Assembly: GCA_030141605.1 (NCBI GenBank)
Contig: JAQGDQ010000203.1
Span: forward strand, 332,565-396,564
Source of the DNA: Tubiluchus corallicola
Lineage: Eukaryota; Animalia; Priapulida
Direction of reading: 5' to 3'
Length of the DNA: 64,000 nucleotides
How positions within the stretch are numbered: the first letter of the stretch is position 1; each line of letters begins with the position of its first letter. Shown piece by piece: positions 28,035-41,810 of the stretch. Below the pieces are notes generated by a model that had not been told where the DNA came from, searched no databases, and saw only the letters and a program-made list of their open reading frames with translations. A program made the translations under genes and the position numbers.

Positions 28035-29011
28035 GATACAGAACGGATTCGTGGTGGATATCTTACAAGCGTACGTTATTTATGTTTAATAATTGTTTCT
28101 CTGTAATACTCATTTCTGGAATGTCTACGATCTGGAATTTTTTCGTTTTGCAGTGTATTTTAAATTTGTTAACAGTTTTAACTAAGTAAAGAAGTTTTTC
28201 AACTTGATTATTAGAGCCCTAATATAGGCATGTACCCCATTTTCATTCCATATTAGAATGCCTTGTATACATTCTGTATGTATAGTCATGAGAAATGTGA
28301 CCTTGTCTTTTACTGTGATACATATAAAGACGGTCAGGTGAACTATAATCATACCTAGGTTTACCGCAATACATGATGTTGGTCTCACATTTCAAGTATG
28401 CTCGTCTTTATTATAATGTGTAATGTTTTGCTAAGTCTGGACTTTAAATGTTCTGCATTTTGTTCGAATTATTCCTATTTTAACAAATTGTAAAAGTAGT
28501 AAGTCTTGATTAAGTTGCTGCAACGCTGCTTTAAATTAGGACTGGTGCCGTAAAATCATTTTGTTCATTCAAATGTACTGAACTTCATAATATACTTAGA
28601 TATCGTTTACTACAGTAACTCTGTTTAATTCGTATCTTTGAGGATGGATGAAATTCTTCGTATTATGCGAAATATGGGTTCTGTGACAATTTGTACATGC
28701 GCATAGAAGCTCATTTGAGTTGTCAGAGTTAATCAGGTCTGTCGTTAGCTGATTTGATTGTATAAAATGATGGAAAGCAATGTGGTCTATTAATAAACAT
28801 GGATGTTTATGAAACAAACATGTTATTTGCTTAAGGCTATGCGATATAATGCCTACCTTCAAAGTAGATGTTGTTTTCTTATACGGATTGTTTGCCATTT
28901 TTATCTTGCTATAACGTTGATAACATTTGTTGTTTCCAGTACCATTTCAAAACTATATTGTGTATTTCTTTCTATTAATTTTTTTGTTATGTCATGCTCA
29001 GTTTTGCAGCC

Positions 29012-29128
<117 letters not shown>

Positions 29129-31307
29129 TTATTGTATTATTCACGTTCGTATTTAAAAGACTCACTTGACAATCAAATACCGTATGATAACAATCATGAG
29201 CTAAATTATTGTTTTTACAATGGCCTGTTGCTTGAATCTCGTTCCATGCTTATGTCATAATTTAAAAAAATATTTTCACTAATTAACTATTAAATGAGCT
29301 AAGCATGTTCTCTAAATAGTAATAATACATGTAATTGTTGTTTCAACAGAAATCTTTGCTGAAGTCTTTTTTATGCTGATTTCAATAAAACTAAAGACTT
29401 AGGAATCACTTCAGTACATTTCTAATTCAGTAAGCCGTTTTTCATAGAATTATAACTTTATATGTACCTAATTACAGACCCCTTATAAGTACAATTATTA
29501 AACTTTGCATTAAAATTTATACTAAAGTGGAAAGTTGTGCCTCATTAATAATAATTGCAGATTTGCAAGCGTATTTGATTGTCAGGGGATAAAACGATTT
29601 TAATCTAAATGAGAGAAGCAAGTAACAAATCATTGTTTTCCAGTAAACAGGTTCGATTGGTGATTGGACAAATGAGGCTGGGAAATACAAATTTTAAGGC
29701 TTTTCTGCATTTTATAGTATTTTTGAATTCCTTTTTCAGTTTCAATTTAAGAGGATCTCGTGTTGGATCTATTAACTTTTGTTAATGTTTGATAATTTTT
29801 CTTTGAGATTTTTTTGTAGACAAACGTCCCATAATACCACATAATTATAGCTTGAACCATATGTCAATAACGTACTTGCTAATCCTTGGGTTTACGCCGC
29901 TTGACCAGTATTTGCTACTGATAGGAATCGCAGGTATTTACCATTTGTGTATATAGAAATCATAATTACATTACTATGATGTTATTAAAATTAGCTTGTT
30001 GTTTGTTATTGTTATTTCAAGTTTTCAAATTGCTTTGTAACCGCCTGATTCCTCGTGTTGAAAGCACTAATTTTAACTTGTTGCTATTATTGGTTGGTAC
30101 GTAAACGTGCCAGGACTAATATCCATTGTATTATTATTAAAATTTTTACATTAAATATTACCATTCTACCTATGCCATTTTTGTCACTTTTGTAGCCTAC
30201 TGTTCGTATGTTGTAAAAACAGTTTGAAATTACCCGTTTAATTTTTTCTTGTAAAATAATAACGAGATCTTTTAAATTACCTTCTTCTTGATGATAGAAT
30301 CGTTACTGTTTGGTACATAATTTCTATGTATTGTGCAATTCTAACATCCCGGTTTTAAATCAGTATTCCCAATAAACGATTTTTTGTTATAACGTTGAGA
30401 AGTTAAGTGATCATTATACTTTCTGTTGTTATTGTAGCAGTGCACACAATAATTTCCAATCTTTCAACAGTATTTTTTAACAATATTTCAAAGTCAGTTA
30501 TTAATAAAATTTGATTGTTAGACCATCATCGTCGTACGTCCATCACGTTACATCTATTATAGCGCTGGGCATGCAGAATTTTAAAATAAAAAAATCCGCC
30601 CTCGAGATAGCTAAACAAAGCAGTAATCCAGAAAAAACTAGTCACTGCTATTGTGGTGTCTGGTCAGCACCATTTCCGTTCTCTTGAGCATCATTGAAAC
30701 ACTAAAATCTTGTTGGAGAACGCCGTTTACTAGTTGCGACATGCGTGCTGCCATCTAGGGCCTACAAAAAATGTTATTAAGCAAGACAGAAGCTAGTGTT
30801 GTCCTTCCGCGGGTGTAAACGATGTGGTAGAGAAATGAGGTATTTAGGAAATTAAGTTAGATCCGGAATTTGAACGCAAGATCTTTGTCATTCAAAATGC
30901 ACATGCTTCACCGACCAGACAAATGATTGACAACTGTCTCACTGAATGTTATTGAGCTGCTTTGTTTAGAAATATTATGCTTATTTTTTAATTTATTTTT
31001 TATTTTAAATTTGTTTCATACATGTATACATAGCATTGTATAAAAATTAAAAATACTCAACTATACTACAAAATAGCGGTAGAAATAAATAAAATATTTA
31101 CATATGCATACATACACACCCAGACACAAAACATAAAATCACAAGACAGATCACTAAAAATACAATACACAGAGGCATGAAACTCAATAAAACTCACCTT
31201 AAAATGGTAAAAGATGTTGATTTCATAATGCAAAATATAGTTTGTAGTTTGTACCAGTTCGTCCATATAACTGTATTGTGATATGCAGAGTAAACATACA
31301 ATTTATC

Positions 31308-31435
31308 AATAATATTATTAGGTATTTCTGCCAGCCCTTATATAAAGAATCCTGTTATTTTTCGTGTAATAATATTATTAGGTATTTCTGCCAGCCCTTA
31401 TATAAAGAATCCTGTTATCTTTCGTGTAATAATAT
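31308..31435. repeat. 60-bp tandem duplication (2 copies, 1 mismatch)
   Basis: aataatattattaggtatttctgccagcccttatataaagaatcctgttat(t/c)tttcgtgt occurs twice, followed by aataatat microhomology. Confidence 0.95.
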
Positions 31436-31548
31436 CATAGTTTGGCTTAAATAAAACACAAGCCCAGTGATATTTGGTTACTTTCATATGTTAAGTTTGT
31501 CCATTACCTTTCATCAGTACTAAACACTGTATAAACTAGAATGCAAGC

Positions 31549-31622
31549 ACTAACGTGCTTGGATCCAGCACGTCCAATTTGCTCGTTTGATCTTTTTGTA
31601 AAGACAAAGTTAATGGTTTTCA
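31549..31622. mobile_element. End fragment of the same MITE family as 21657-22236
   Basis: actaacgtgcttggatccagcacgtc...ttaatggttt aligns with 21657-21720. Confidence 0.6.
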
Positions 31623-33239
31623 CAAGAAAGTCGCGGGAAGCATTTAGCACAGCATAGAATATGTTTTCCATACTGTTGGGCAAACTGTTTGTTAGACTCA
31701 CGGTTAACAGAATCAGTCGCTTAATTGACTAATAAACGTCTGGTTCGTGCCGCTCCTATTCAAATGTGTATAAAAACTGTCGGCAGTTGATTCAATAACT
31801 CCGCATAACTAGCTCAATTTTTGTAGTTAAAATAAGACACTTGCGATCAAAGAGCGTTTACTACAGCGCGCCTTTGCAAACCATTATTTTCCGTGTTTGT
31901 CGTTTCCACTGCTTCCGCACAGAAAGCCACGTAAACACACGGATACGTACTCTAATAGTCAAACCATTTTTTCTGCGGAGGGACAAGTTCATTTTTATAA
32001 TGGAGAGACTCACACGATGTAGAGATTAAACCTGGTTTGACGACAAGTTAATCCCAAATATAGTCACAGAGATTTTACAAAGGAGCTGTACGTCGAAGTG
32101 CCTATGATGCCTATGAAGTCAATAGTGATTTTAGAATATATCTTGTTTTTGTTATTAAGTTAGCGTTCCCGTAAATTTAGATCTGATTTTGCGATTGCAT
32201 TTTTTAATTCATAGTATATATTTACACGCGCTTTTGCAACAATAGATCTACTTTGCCCTGAAAATGTTCTTTCATAGTTATGTTGTTACAATGAAAAAAA
32301 CTTGTAAGCTTCAAAACATTGTTACCTATATGATAAAAACCGCTTTTTAATTTTCAGTGAAAACAATCGGTCCATTTGAATTCTACTGGAAAGCACGCTG
32401 TAAAATTGCGACTTCTCGGTACGCTTCACGACGAAATGCTTGTGATAACTTTTAAAGATATATTTGACAACAACACCACTAGACAATCTAACCAAGCTTT
32501 AGGGATTACAAAGACAAATGCGTGCCATAGGAAATGACATTAAGTCATTTCGCATCAAATAATAAAATACTATAAACAATAACTGGCAATCGGCCTGTGC
32601 TTAATTTCCAACGTGCTGAAGTATAACTCTACATAACTAATTGGTTTACTTGTCAGATGAATTTAAATTAAATCATATTGTTGATAAGTTCTTAAGGCTT
32701 TAAAACCAGTATTTATTTCCCAGTATTTATTTCACGAAGCTGTTTGTTGTGTTTGTTTTTCTTTTTTCTTTAGCGTTACTACAGCTATTCTTGTTTCTTG
32801 ACTATCACTCACTCACACTGGGCAAATTTTTATGGTGAAAAAAATCGCAAGTAGCGTATCATGTACACACGGAAACATCTGTTGACGCATGCGCGGTATG
32901 CGTGTGTGTCCAATTCGTGCTTTTTTTTTAGAAAATTAGCTGGATCAAGGGCGTATAGACCATTAAGCAAGGGCAAAGAAAACAAACGAAACTGATCCCT
33001 GAAAATCTAGAACAAACACAAAGCTGCCTGATATTGTTTACAAAAAGAAACATGCAAACGTTGTAAACTAACAACCTGTACCACTGTCTGTATTTCAGTC
33101 AAAATATGAAAAGATAAAACGTATATGCAGCACAGAATTAAATTTTAGAGATGAAAAGGGCTAGTTAGAAGATTATGGATAAAAGCACAAAGAGCCAAAG
33201 ATACTTACCGGTGCCTATTAAAAGATAAATGATTATTCA

Positions 33240-33590
33240 GATTTACATCTTTTAAACGGTTTTTAACAAGTTTGCTACCCTGAGCACACAGCAAAGCAGC
33301 ATCGTCGACAGACCCAGGGAGTTCATTCCAGATTTAATTATTCTATTTGAAAAACTTTTTTGAAATAACCAAGTTGGCGGTGAGTAGGCTGCAACTTTAA
33401 GCGGTGACCCCAGGTTACATCAGATACAAGTGCTTTGCTAAAAATACATATTTGTCTATAGCACTGTCTCCATTTAATATAGGATATGTTGACCAAACAT
33501 ACATCGTTAGATCATACAATGAGATTTGTCAGACTTTACAACGCTCACCAAACGAGATAATGCTACGTACATTTTATATAAAATAAACTA
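33240..33590 (-). mobile_element. Decayed CR1-type LINE 3' fragment
   Basis: The minus strand reads FSNRII / WNELPGSV with a frameshift, resembling the FFSNRVV..WN.LP C-terminal motif of CR1 ORF2. Confidence 0.5.
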
Positions 33591-34468
33591 AAGATTGACC
33601 GATTGATTAAAGATAAAGACAAATTAAGTTATTTTGTATTTTTGGTAAAATGCACACTCGCAGGTTTTTTTAGTAAACAGGTATACACTAAACATAAATC
33701 ATTTACTCCGCCAACCCATTGTACGTCGAATCACATCTGATAATAGCTGACTTTAATCAAATTATGCAATTCAGCTAAACTTTGCCAAAATTTTGATTTT
33801 TCAAGGCACTAGCGTCCTCTCCTCACTGCTACAGTTACTACATGTTTACAGCGTGACAGAGACTACACACTACAAGTTGCTCGCGCCATCTGTTGCAAAT
33901 AAATAAAATTTCGCATGGGTGCGATAAGTATAGTACAATCTCTCTTATTGCTACGCACAACATGCATTATTACAGAATTGTACAGTTTTGCAGTTTTGAG
34001 TTACTCGCTTGCGAAGTAATTCTACAGAAAGGTTTGTTTCGCAGTGATGCTGCTATCGTTCTCGATTTTGCATTATCTTTTAATATTGTGACGTCAGAGT
34101 TGACCAACTCCCCACTTCTAAATTTTTACGAAAGAATCGGATTCCATCACATCAGTAAATGGTGTTCTAAATGAGTATTCAGGCAGTTTGGCAGAAAAAC
34201 TCAATAAGCGATTAACACAATGCTTTGCGTTCCAGATTGTTTACATACCACATGTTTATTTGAGCTGATTAAATTTTATCGTTTATTTCTAACGTAATAC
34301 ATAACACAACTACAACTAGCATGAAATTATTGCTGAAATAAGCGCCTCAAAATGTCTCTAAATTGTTCATGTTATTCTTCTCTCTTTTTATTTCACTCTT
34401 TTCGTCCTTTTTTGTCGTTCTCATCATTTCTCATCCTCTCTCCTCTCGTTTCTCTCTTCCATCTCTCT

Positions 34469-34469
<1 letters not shown>

Positions 34470-34522
<53 letters not shown>
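34470..34522. repeat. (CT)n microsatellite in a pyrimidine-rich tract
   Basis: Read directly. Confidence 0.95.
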
Positions 34523-34526
<4 letters not shown>

Positions 34527-35290
34527 CCCACCTCTCTCTCGTTCCCCGTTCTCTGTGTCTTTTCTTATCTCTTTATCTGTTCACTCAACTCGCCTTTTTT
34601 CTCTGCTTCAGATGGGGTCTTGAAAATTAGCTCTTATGAATGCATAGGAGTGAACGTGTGAACGTAATGACAGAAACTTATGCTTTTGTACACACCTCTA
34701 CAAACTGTTTTTACCACATCTTGGCCATATTTTATATAAGTTGATTGCCGGTGCAGATGATGAAATCCGATGTTGTTAAAGTCAATAATTTTCAGTTTTA
34801 AAAATCTACAAATTAAAAAGTGGTTGATTATTCGTTTATTTTTCTTTTCTACCAACAGGCACGGGGACGTATCAATAGCTTAAACAATATAAACAATAAT
34901 TTCAAAATCAGAATTTTTTCCGTGTAATTAGACTGCGTTGAGCATTTCAGGGTATGTATATTTTTTGCTGGCTGACAAAATTGGCAGATCATATCAATTT
35001 GTAAAGTAGCCGCGATTAAGGGGTTCAAAATCTTGAAACCTATTAACTTAACTTTCTATTAACTTGTGCGACTTTTTTTGGGGAAGATATTTTTCTGGGA
35101 AATGGTTTTTTCATCATTTGATCGGTACCCGAAGAATTTTGTGATTGTCCGAAAATTTTTTGCCGAATTGGGGGGGGGGGGTGAGGGCTGCAGCTCCCTT
35201 CCCCTTCACTGGTTCGTATGCCTGTACCGTGATCTATATGCACTAAAGTGACCCATGCCTTAAGTGAGGTCATCCATATTGAACCAGTTT

Positions 35291-35473
35291 TAGGTGACGT
35301 TTAGCATCCAGAATGCGTATGCTGTTTATCTTTTTTTCAATGCGCCCGTTTATCAGACCTGCGTTATGCATTATTTCTTTCTGCAGCTATTTTCTATTGA
35401 TTTTTATTCCGGAACTATTCCGCAGATGGATAACGCATAACGCATTCCGGATGTCTGGTAAACGCCACTTTAA
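35291..35473. mobile_element. MITE copy B (same family as 7806-8000)
   Basis: Shares ttttcaatgc.cccgtt.at..gacctgcgttatgc...tttctgcag.tattt...attccgcag...aacgcataacgc.ttccggatg with copy A. Confidence 0.75.
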
Positions 35474-35629
35474 TGCCATTTGATTATCCGAAGCTCTTTT
35501 AAAAATAATTCTACGTTCCTCCTTGCGAAAGAATGTTAGAATATGCAGGCATAAAAGATTTGTAGGTCTACCATGTCGTCGTGTATAAGAAGACTGAACG
35601 GTGTACTACTGTAAATTAAGATACTTTAG

Positions 35630-38400
35630 ATATTTATTAGTGTCAAAAATACATACAATGCAAGAAAAAACAAGGCATACATACAATTTCGATTTTGAAA
35701 TATACAAGAAAAAACAAGACACACATACAATTTCGATTTTGAAATATAATGATACTATATACAAACAAAACAATTACTAATAAAACAAATATTATTAAAT
35801 CTGCTTGTTAGTTGTATTAGTTACTTAAATGAAACGTTCAATGATTAGTATTTAAAATAAATTGTCATTCCTTAGGCCTCATTTTCAATGGTATGATTAT
35901 TACATAGTATATTGTTCTTCATGTCTTAAAAACGCTTTTTCAACATAATCAATAAATGCCTTAATTACTTCCAAATCATTACTTCTCATCAGGAATAAAA
36001 ATTTATCAGCATCGCTCATAAGGAAAAATTCTGGTATAATTACATTGATGCGATTATATAATTTCTTTCTAAAATCATTGTAATATGGGTTTTTATAACA
36101 AAGTGTAATTGGTCTTCGATTTCATTTCTTAAATAGTATGAGCGTATACCATTTCCAGCTGGGATTTTTCAAGGTTTAACGTACCTCCCTCTTTCAATAC
36201 ACAAAGTATGAGAGCTGATTCTCAGTTTTGTAAATTTTGTTATAGCATATTTGGAATAACCAGAAAGTAAATAGTTTCCTAGTTGATATTGTTTTTTGAA
36301 GGTACGATACGTTCGCAGTTTGTTTTGTCCATCAGGTTTGTTATTATTATGGATTTCTTCTTCCCAAAACAAAGTATAATCAGTTTTTATGAAGTAGTCG
36401 CTTAGGTGAAAACGTTGTCTGGTTATTCCACACGTGTTCAAAGCTAAATACACATAATGTATACTTAACAAAAGTAGTCCAACAAAAACAGCTAAGTTTC
36501 GGTTTTCGTTATAAGCAGTGGCGGATTGTATACTTAATTATTTTAATAAAAATGGGGGAAACGGCCACGTTCTGCCCTAGTCGCACATTTGCTTGATTTG
36601 TTATCGACATTCAAAAGAAATCTGCATAATTTAATATTGGCATCTTCGCTTGGCGCACTATCAAATTTAGTTTGAATAAGCGGAGAATTGGTTTTAATTT
36701 TAGTAATGCTAGGTCCCCATACACAAGAGCCATACAGCATGATAGGTACTACAGTATGTTCAAATAATTTGATAATAGTAAGTGGATTTGAGATGTACTT
36801 TTTCATGCAGTAAAAAGCTTTTAGGCATTTGTCTTTTAGTTTGGTGCAGCTTTGCCTGAAAGCACCGACCACTAAGTATTCAGAGGATTGGACTATTTTC
36901 AGCTTATCAGACCCATAGGTAAAGTTCAAGTCTTTTAGACTTCTACTTCTGCCTGCTTTGTTAAAAACAATAATTTCTGTCTTTTTAGTGTTAACTTCTA
37001 GAGCCCATTCGCTACAATAATTATTAAGCTTATTTAAGGCATTGTTGCAATCCTGACTGGGAACAAGAAAGTAAGACATATCATCTGCATAGAGAAGACA
37101 TTTGGTTTCAAAATTGCCTAGACTGACGGGATCGCATTCATTAGATGTGAAAACTGTTGGTAAGTCATTGATATACAAGGAAAAGAGAACTGAGCTCAAC
37201 GTACATCCTTGCTTAACACCTAAGGAGGATGCTATATCTATATACCGCCAGCGATTTTAACGGAGTAATTAGCTTTAGAGTAAATATTTTGCAGAATCTT
37301 AAGAAAATAACCACCTATATTATTTTATAGCAATTTATAGTACAATCCAATTCGCCAAACTGCGTCAAAGGCTTTGCGCAAATCAACGAAATAACAACAA
37401 AGTTTATGATTTGGTTTCAAAAATTTATCAATAAGTGTTTTTAATGTAAACATATGGTCACTGGTACGACAGCCTTTTTTAAATCCTATTTAAAATGCAG
37501 AATGTTATTATTAGGAATTTTCTAACCTGTTATTAAGAATGCTCGCAAATAATTTGCTTAAGCTGCTTGAAATGGCAATTCCGCTATAATTGTTTGGATC
37601 TGTTGCATTTCCACTTTTGTATATTGGGATGATGTGGCTTTGCTTCCACTGGGTAGGATAGCAGGAACCAGAAAAGACCAAATTTATTAATTTACGAAGA
37701 TAGGGAACCATAACTTCGCTTGAAGCATTTCCTTTATTAACCGTCTGTACCAGCAGTTTTGTTATTAAAACTGTTTAATGACAATCAGGATTTCCGTATC
37801 AGTCATTCTATAATCTAACTGAGAAAAAGAAGTGTAATTTTCTTCAATATACTCTGACAATTTTTTAGTTTTTCTCCAATGGCTGTCATTACTATTCAAT
37901 GAACTTCGAAAATGTTCTACCCAAACTATTGGGTCAATGTCATCGCCCTTGTTTAAGGTTTTTTTCTGGGTTCTGATTATCTTTCAAGTGTTTGATTAGG
38001 TTCCAAAAGACCTTCGGATTTTTAGTTTCCAGTTCAGTTAGTTGTTTCATAACACGGGCTTGATATTCCCTGTGTGCTTGCTGCTTGATCTTTTTATAAT
38101 ACCTCTGTTCTTTAAAGTACAGTTCTCGTAAGTTTCTATTATAAGGGGCGCTTTGCAATTTAAAATGCAAGTATTTTAGTCGGTTGTGGGCTGCTTTCCA
38201 TTGACTGTTAAACCATTTCTTATCTGGCCAGTGTTTTTGCTGGGCTACGCGTTTATTATTATTTAGAGTATTTCGTTCTTTAATTATCTTAGATGCAGCT
38301 ATAAAGCAAAATGGAATTAATGTTATTTACAGCCGCTTCAATCTCGTTCTCGTTTACATTATAATTAAAGCAATGTAGTATAGTGCATTAAGGCCTTTTT
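35630..38400 (-). mobile_element. Decayed 5'-truncated non-LTR retrotransposon (RT ORF2 remnant; RTE-X/L2-like, clade uncertain)
   Basis: Broken ORFs give PIYKSGNATDPNNYSGIAISS, GVKQGCTLSSVLF, LLYADD, W.LEVNTKKT and KLRTY...KLRISSHTLCIERGRY, with many stops and frameshifts. AATAAA lies at the 3' end near 35635. Confidence 0.9.
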
Positions 38401-39252
38401 ATAAATAATCTCTGGATTGTGGCACGTCAAGCTTCGCTAGCGGTTTCTTTACTTGCGTAAACTACATGAAAGTGCGCACATCATTGTCTATTGTTGAGCA
38501 GATGAAACCACAAAATACTATAATTTGTTAAAATCAAACCTGTTGTAGTTTGCCATTTTTTATGAAAGATGAAGTGTAGCCAACCTAAAAGGAGAGAAAG
38601 TAGGTAAATTAGTAAAATTATGGTATTGTGTGCTTTCATTCGCATACATTACCCATCAACTATAGTGAATGATGAAAGCAATTTACCTGTAGCATAAGAC
38701 TTCACCGCCACACTCAACAAAAATTAGAACAACGTCCATACTAACTGAACACAACAGAGTAGCGCCACCTATCAATACTGGCCTTCATTCACTTTGTTAA
38801 ACGAATGCGATTCGCAATGTCTACACAATTATATTACTAGAATTTAATAACCAAGATTTAATAGACAAAATAAGCAACAGAGGAAATGAATTAAAGCAAC
38901 AAGGTTTCTCTCAAAAGCAAGTTTTGAACAACGTGTACGTTGATGACACATCACATCATGCCAGTGATTCCACGTCAGCAGCGCCGCGTCACGTTTTTGC
39001 AGCCATGTGTAAATTTTTACAGACATGTACGAATCTTGATAAGGCAGTTGTAAAGCTGCATGAGTGCATTTCTATTTACGTACTTACGCACCTCATATCT
39101 ATTTATACATTATTATATGAGGTGCATCTAGTTACGTAGGCCTATTCTATTAGTCAAAATAATGCTTAGATGCGCAGTCAAGATTCGTGTTTTCTAAGCT
39201 GAAAGAGTTAGACGGAATTTGCCAACTTTATAAGGCCTTGCTAATTTTTGTA

Positions 39253-40590
39253 ATGGCCTGTTCATCGTCCAAAGACTACTCCATAGATATGGCGGCAATA
39301 TGGAAAAGAGCAAACTGGTCTGAAAGATTGTCCAGCCTGTTTGATAGTGGTACGTTGCAAGACGTTGAGTTCATCGTAGGTGAAAAACGCATCACAATAA
39401 GAGCAAATAAACTCGTCTTGTCGTTGGTAAGTCGAGTATTTTTTACAATGTTTTATGGATCACTACCAGAGGTCACTAACACACCTATTGAAGTTCCAGA
39501 TATCAGAGTGAAAGTGTTCAACATTTTTCTCGAATTTGTTTATACCGACAGGATTCCCATAACTGATTGTAGTGTGTTATGTCATGATGGGGTTCCTTCA
39601 GCATTTGAACTAATTTATGTGGCCAAGAAATATGACGTGAGAAGGTTGGAAAGCATTGCGGCTAAGTACATTATGTCACATCTGACAGTTGATAATGTGT
39701 GTGATGTCATTAGAGAAAACTATTTGTACGAAAACCGGGACGTGCACGAACAGTGCTATCAACTAATTGATTTGTACCCGCTGGATGTGTTTACGTCTAA
39801 GAGTTTCACAAAGCTAGCCTACACAGAATTGCTGGAAATAGTTAAGAAAATAAACAACAAAATTTCTGAATTATCAATTTATGAATCAGTTGTTGGATGG
39901 GCGCGGGCTCAATGCGCCCGGAAAACACTGGCGACTTCTACTGGTAACATTCGCAACGAAATGAGCGACGTACTGTACGAAATTCGTTTTCCCTTGATGG
40001 ATCTGCAAGAGTTTGCGGATGGACCCGCTCAGTCCGGCATATTAACCGATAGTGAAGTAGCTAACATTTTCTTAAACAGGCATGGATCATTAAACAAAGT
40101 ACAGCTGATTTTTCCCGGAGAAAATAGGTGCGATTTTATGCTAAACTCACAAGACTTTAGGGGTAGGCCTACGCTTGTCTTTAGAGTGCCAGTACAGCAC
40201 ATTGATGGACTTCAACGCGGAAAAGGAAAGTGGTTTTCCTCTAAACCATGTTATCCTATTGCGGGAGTGTCCTGGGCGCTAGAACTTAGGAAGTGTGGCC
40301 CACTTACCTGTAATTCTGAGACTGAAAAAGGCCAAAGTTGTTGTTTTCATTTCCGGTTTGAACCCCATTGTGCAGCAGAAGAACGAAGAACTAGAACATT
40401 GTTCAGGGAATCCAGGATAGTGCTGGTGAATCTTGATCCACAAAAAAGCATCGAAAAAAAGCTGGCTGAGGACAAAACACCAGCTATTTGGTGGGAAGAC
40501 AACTTCATTTCGTCACGTGACTTGCTGACATTTGAAAGTGGCTTTATTATTGCTGACGTGATTACAGTTTACTTTATACCATGTGTTTAA
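39253..40590 (+). CDS. BTB/POZ-BACK protein with a C-terminal MATH/TRAF-like domain (putative Cullin-3 substrate adaptor), intronless
   Basis: BTB: DVEFIVGE...ANKLVLSLVSRVFFTMFYG...IEVPDI...FLEFVYTD...AKKYDV. BACK ends IRFPLMDLQEFADGPAQSGILTDSEVANIFL (BTBD1/2/3/6-like). C-terminus FSSKPCY.IAGVSWALELR...FIS..DLL...SGFIIADVITV is MATH-like. First ATG 39253; alternative 39289. Confidence 0.9.
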   Translation: MACSSSKDYSIDMAAIWKRANWSERLSSLFDSGTLQDVEFIVGEKRITIRANKLVLSLVSRVFFTMFYGSLPEVTNTPIEVPDIRVKVFNIFLEFVYTDRIPITDCSVLCHDGVPSAFELIYVAKKYDVRRLESIAAKYIMSHLTVDNVCDVIRENYLYENRDVHEQCYQLIDLYPLDVFTSKSFTKLAYTELLEIVKKINNKISELSIYESVVGWARAQCARKTLATSTGNIRNEMSDVLYEIRFPLMDLQEFADGPAQSGILTDSEVANIFLNRHGSLNKVQLIFPGENRCDFMLNSQDFRGRPTLVFRVPVQHIDGLQRGKGKWFSSKPCYPIAGVSWALELRKCGPLTCNSETEKGQSCCFHFRFEPHCAAEERRTRTLFRESRIVLVNLDPQKSIEKKLAEDKTPAIWWEDNFISSRDLLTFESGFIIADVITVYFIPCV

Positions 40591-41055
40591 CTAAGACACT
40601 TCAAGCAAATAATCATGCTAGTGTAATTATAAGAATCCACGCGAAAATAATATTGTAATTTGCATAAAATGAGACAAACTAATAAAGATTAACCGCATGG
40701 CAGCCATTCTAGTGCATGAGACAAAATTTTCATGTTGCGTATTTGTGCAAAATCGTAATGGCTAAAATCTGAAAATCTGAATGTAATGTTTTATTTTTAT
40801 AATGCAACTCAGTTGTGCTGTTTTATAGCCTATTAACTGTTACCGCTGCTGCTGCTGTTGTTGTTACTAAGACTGATAGAATTTTTTTATAACGACGAAT
40901 AAAAACGAACAGTCTTAAATTTTATTATTCTTATTAATACTTAGTCATTCTTTATCTAATTTAAAATTTCAACTTGCTGATTTATGTAGAAATGTAGCGA
41001 GATTAGATTAATTAAATTATGCTCTCAAAACAGAAAGTCCAATGGAAGTGGAAGT

Positions 41056-41156
41056 GTTTTATTAACTAACACTGATTGATTATCTCTGTAAAGTTTTTAT
41101 CGGTGATTATCAATGTATTTTAATGGCAAATAAAGATTATTATATATACATATATA
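41056..41156 (+). mobile_element. ~100-bp 5'-truncated copy (3' tail) of the LINE at 60370-64000
   Basis: ttttattaactaacactgattgattatctctgtaaagtttttatcggtgattatcaatgtattttaatggcaaataaagattattatatata is nearly identical to the reverse complement of 60375-60474. Confidence 0.9.
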
Positions 41157-41810
41157 AGCAGAATAAAGTTGGAAACAGGTGTTTTGCAGCACATTGATTC
41201 ATTGAATGAATATCTGCACCCTGACATAAAATACTGACTTTCAACACAGCCAATGTAATATCAGTTAGTATTCAATGACTTAAAGTTGATTTTTCTTGAC
41301 CTGTCCGTTAAGAAAAGCAAGCATATGACGGGTGCGGAAATTCATTCAACATATTACAAAAAAAGGGCCGATTCCACGTTTATTCAACATCAAGTTCCAT
41401 CGGTCTTTCAAAGTTAACCTAATATCGCGAAATTTCAACATAATTCAAAACGTGAATTGAAGCGATAACTAAATTTTGACTACCCTGTAGTTCCTTATAA
41501 TAAAATTTACTGCACAGTTTCATATCCAAAAGCATCTGTGTGATTACGTATCATTTAGATCAAGCAGGCAGCAGGTGTGTTTGTATAAGATTTTGTTTGA
41601 GATATCTTTGTTTACCATTGATGCAATAGAGTTGATGTATTTCAGTGTGTAAATAAATTTGATTGTCATCAAACTACATTGTGAAAAATCGATTTGAGCT
41701 GCAAATAAGTAGTTTTTGCAAATGAAAAAGCTACACAAATACAACAATTTCCCACTACGAAACTCATGTTGTAGTGTTCAGACGTGGAAACATCAGACAA
41801 TGTTCCTAAA

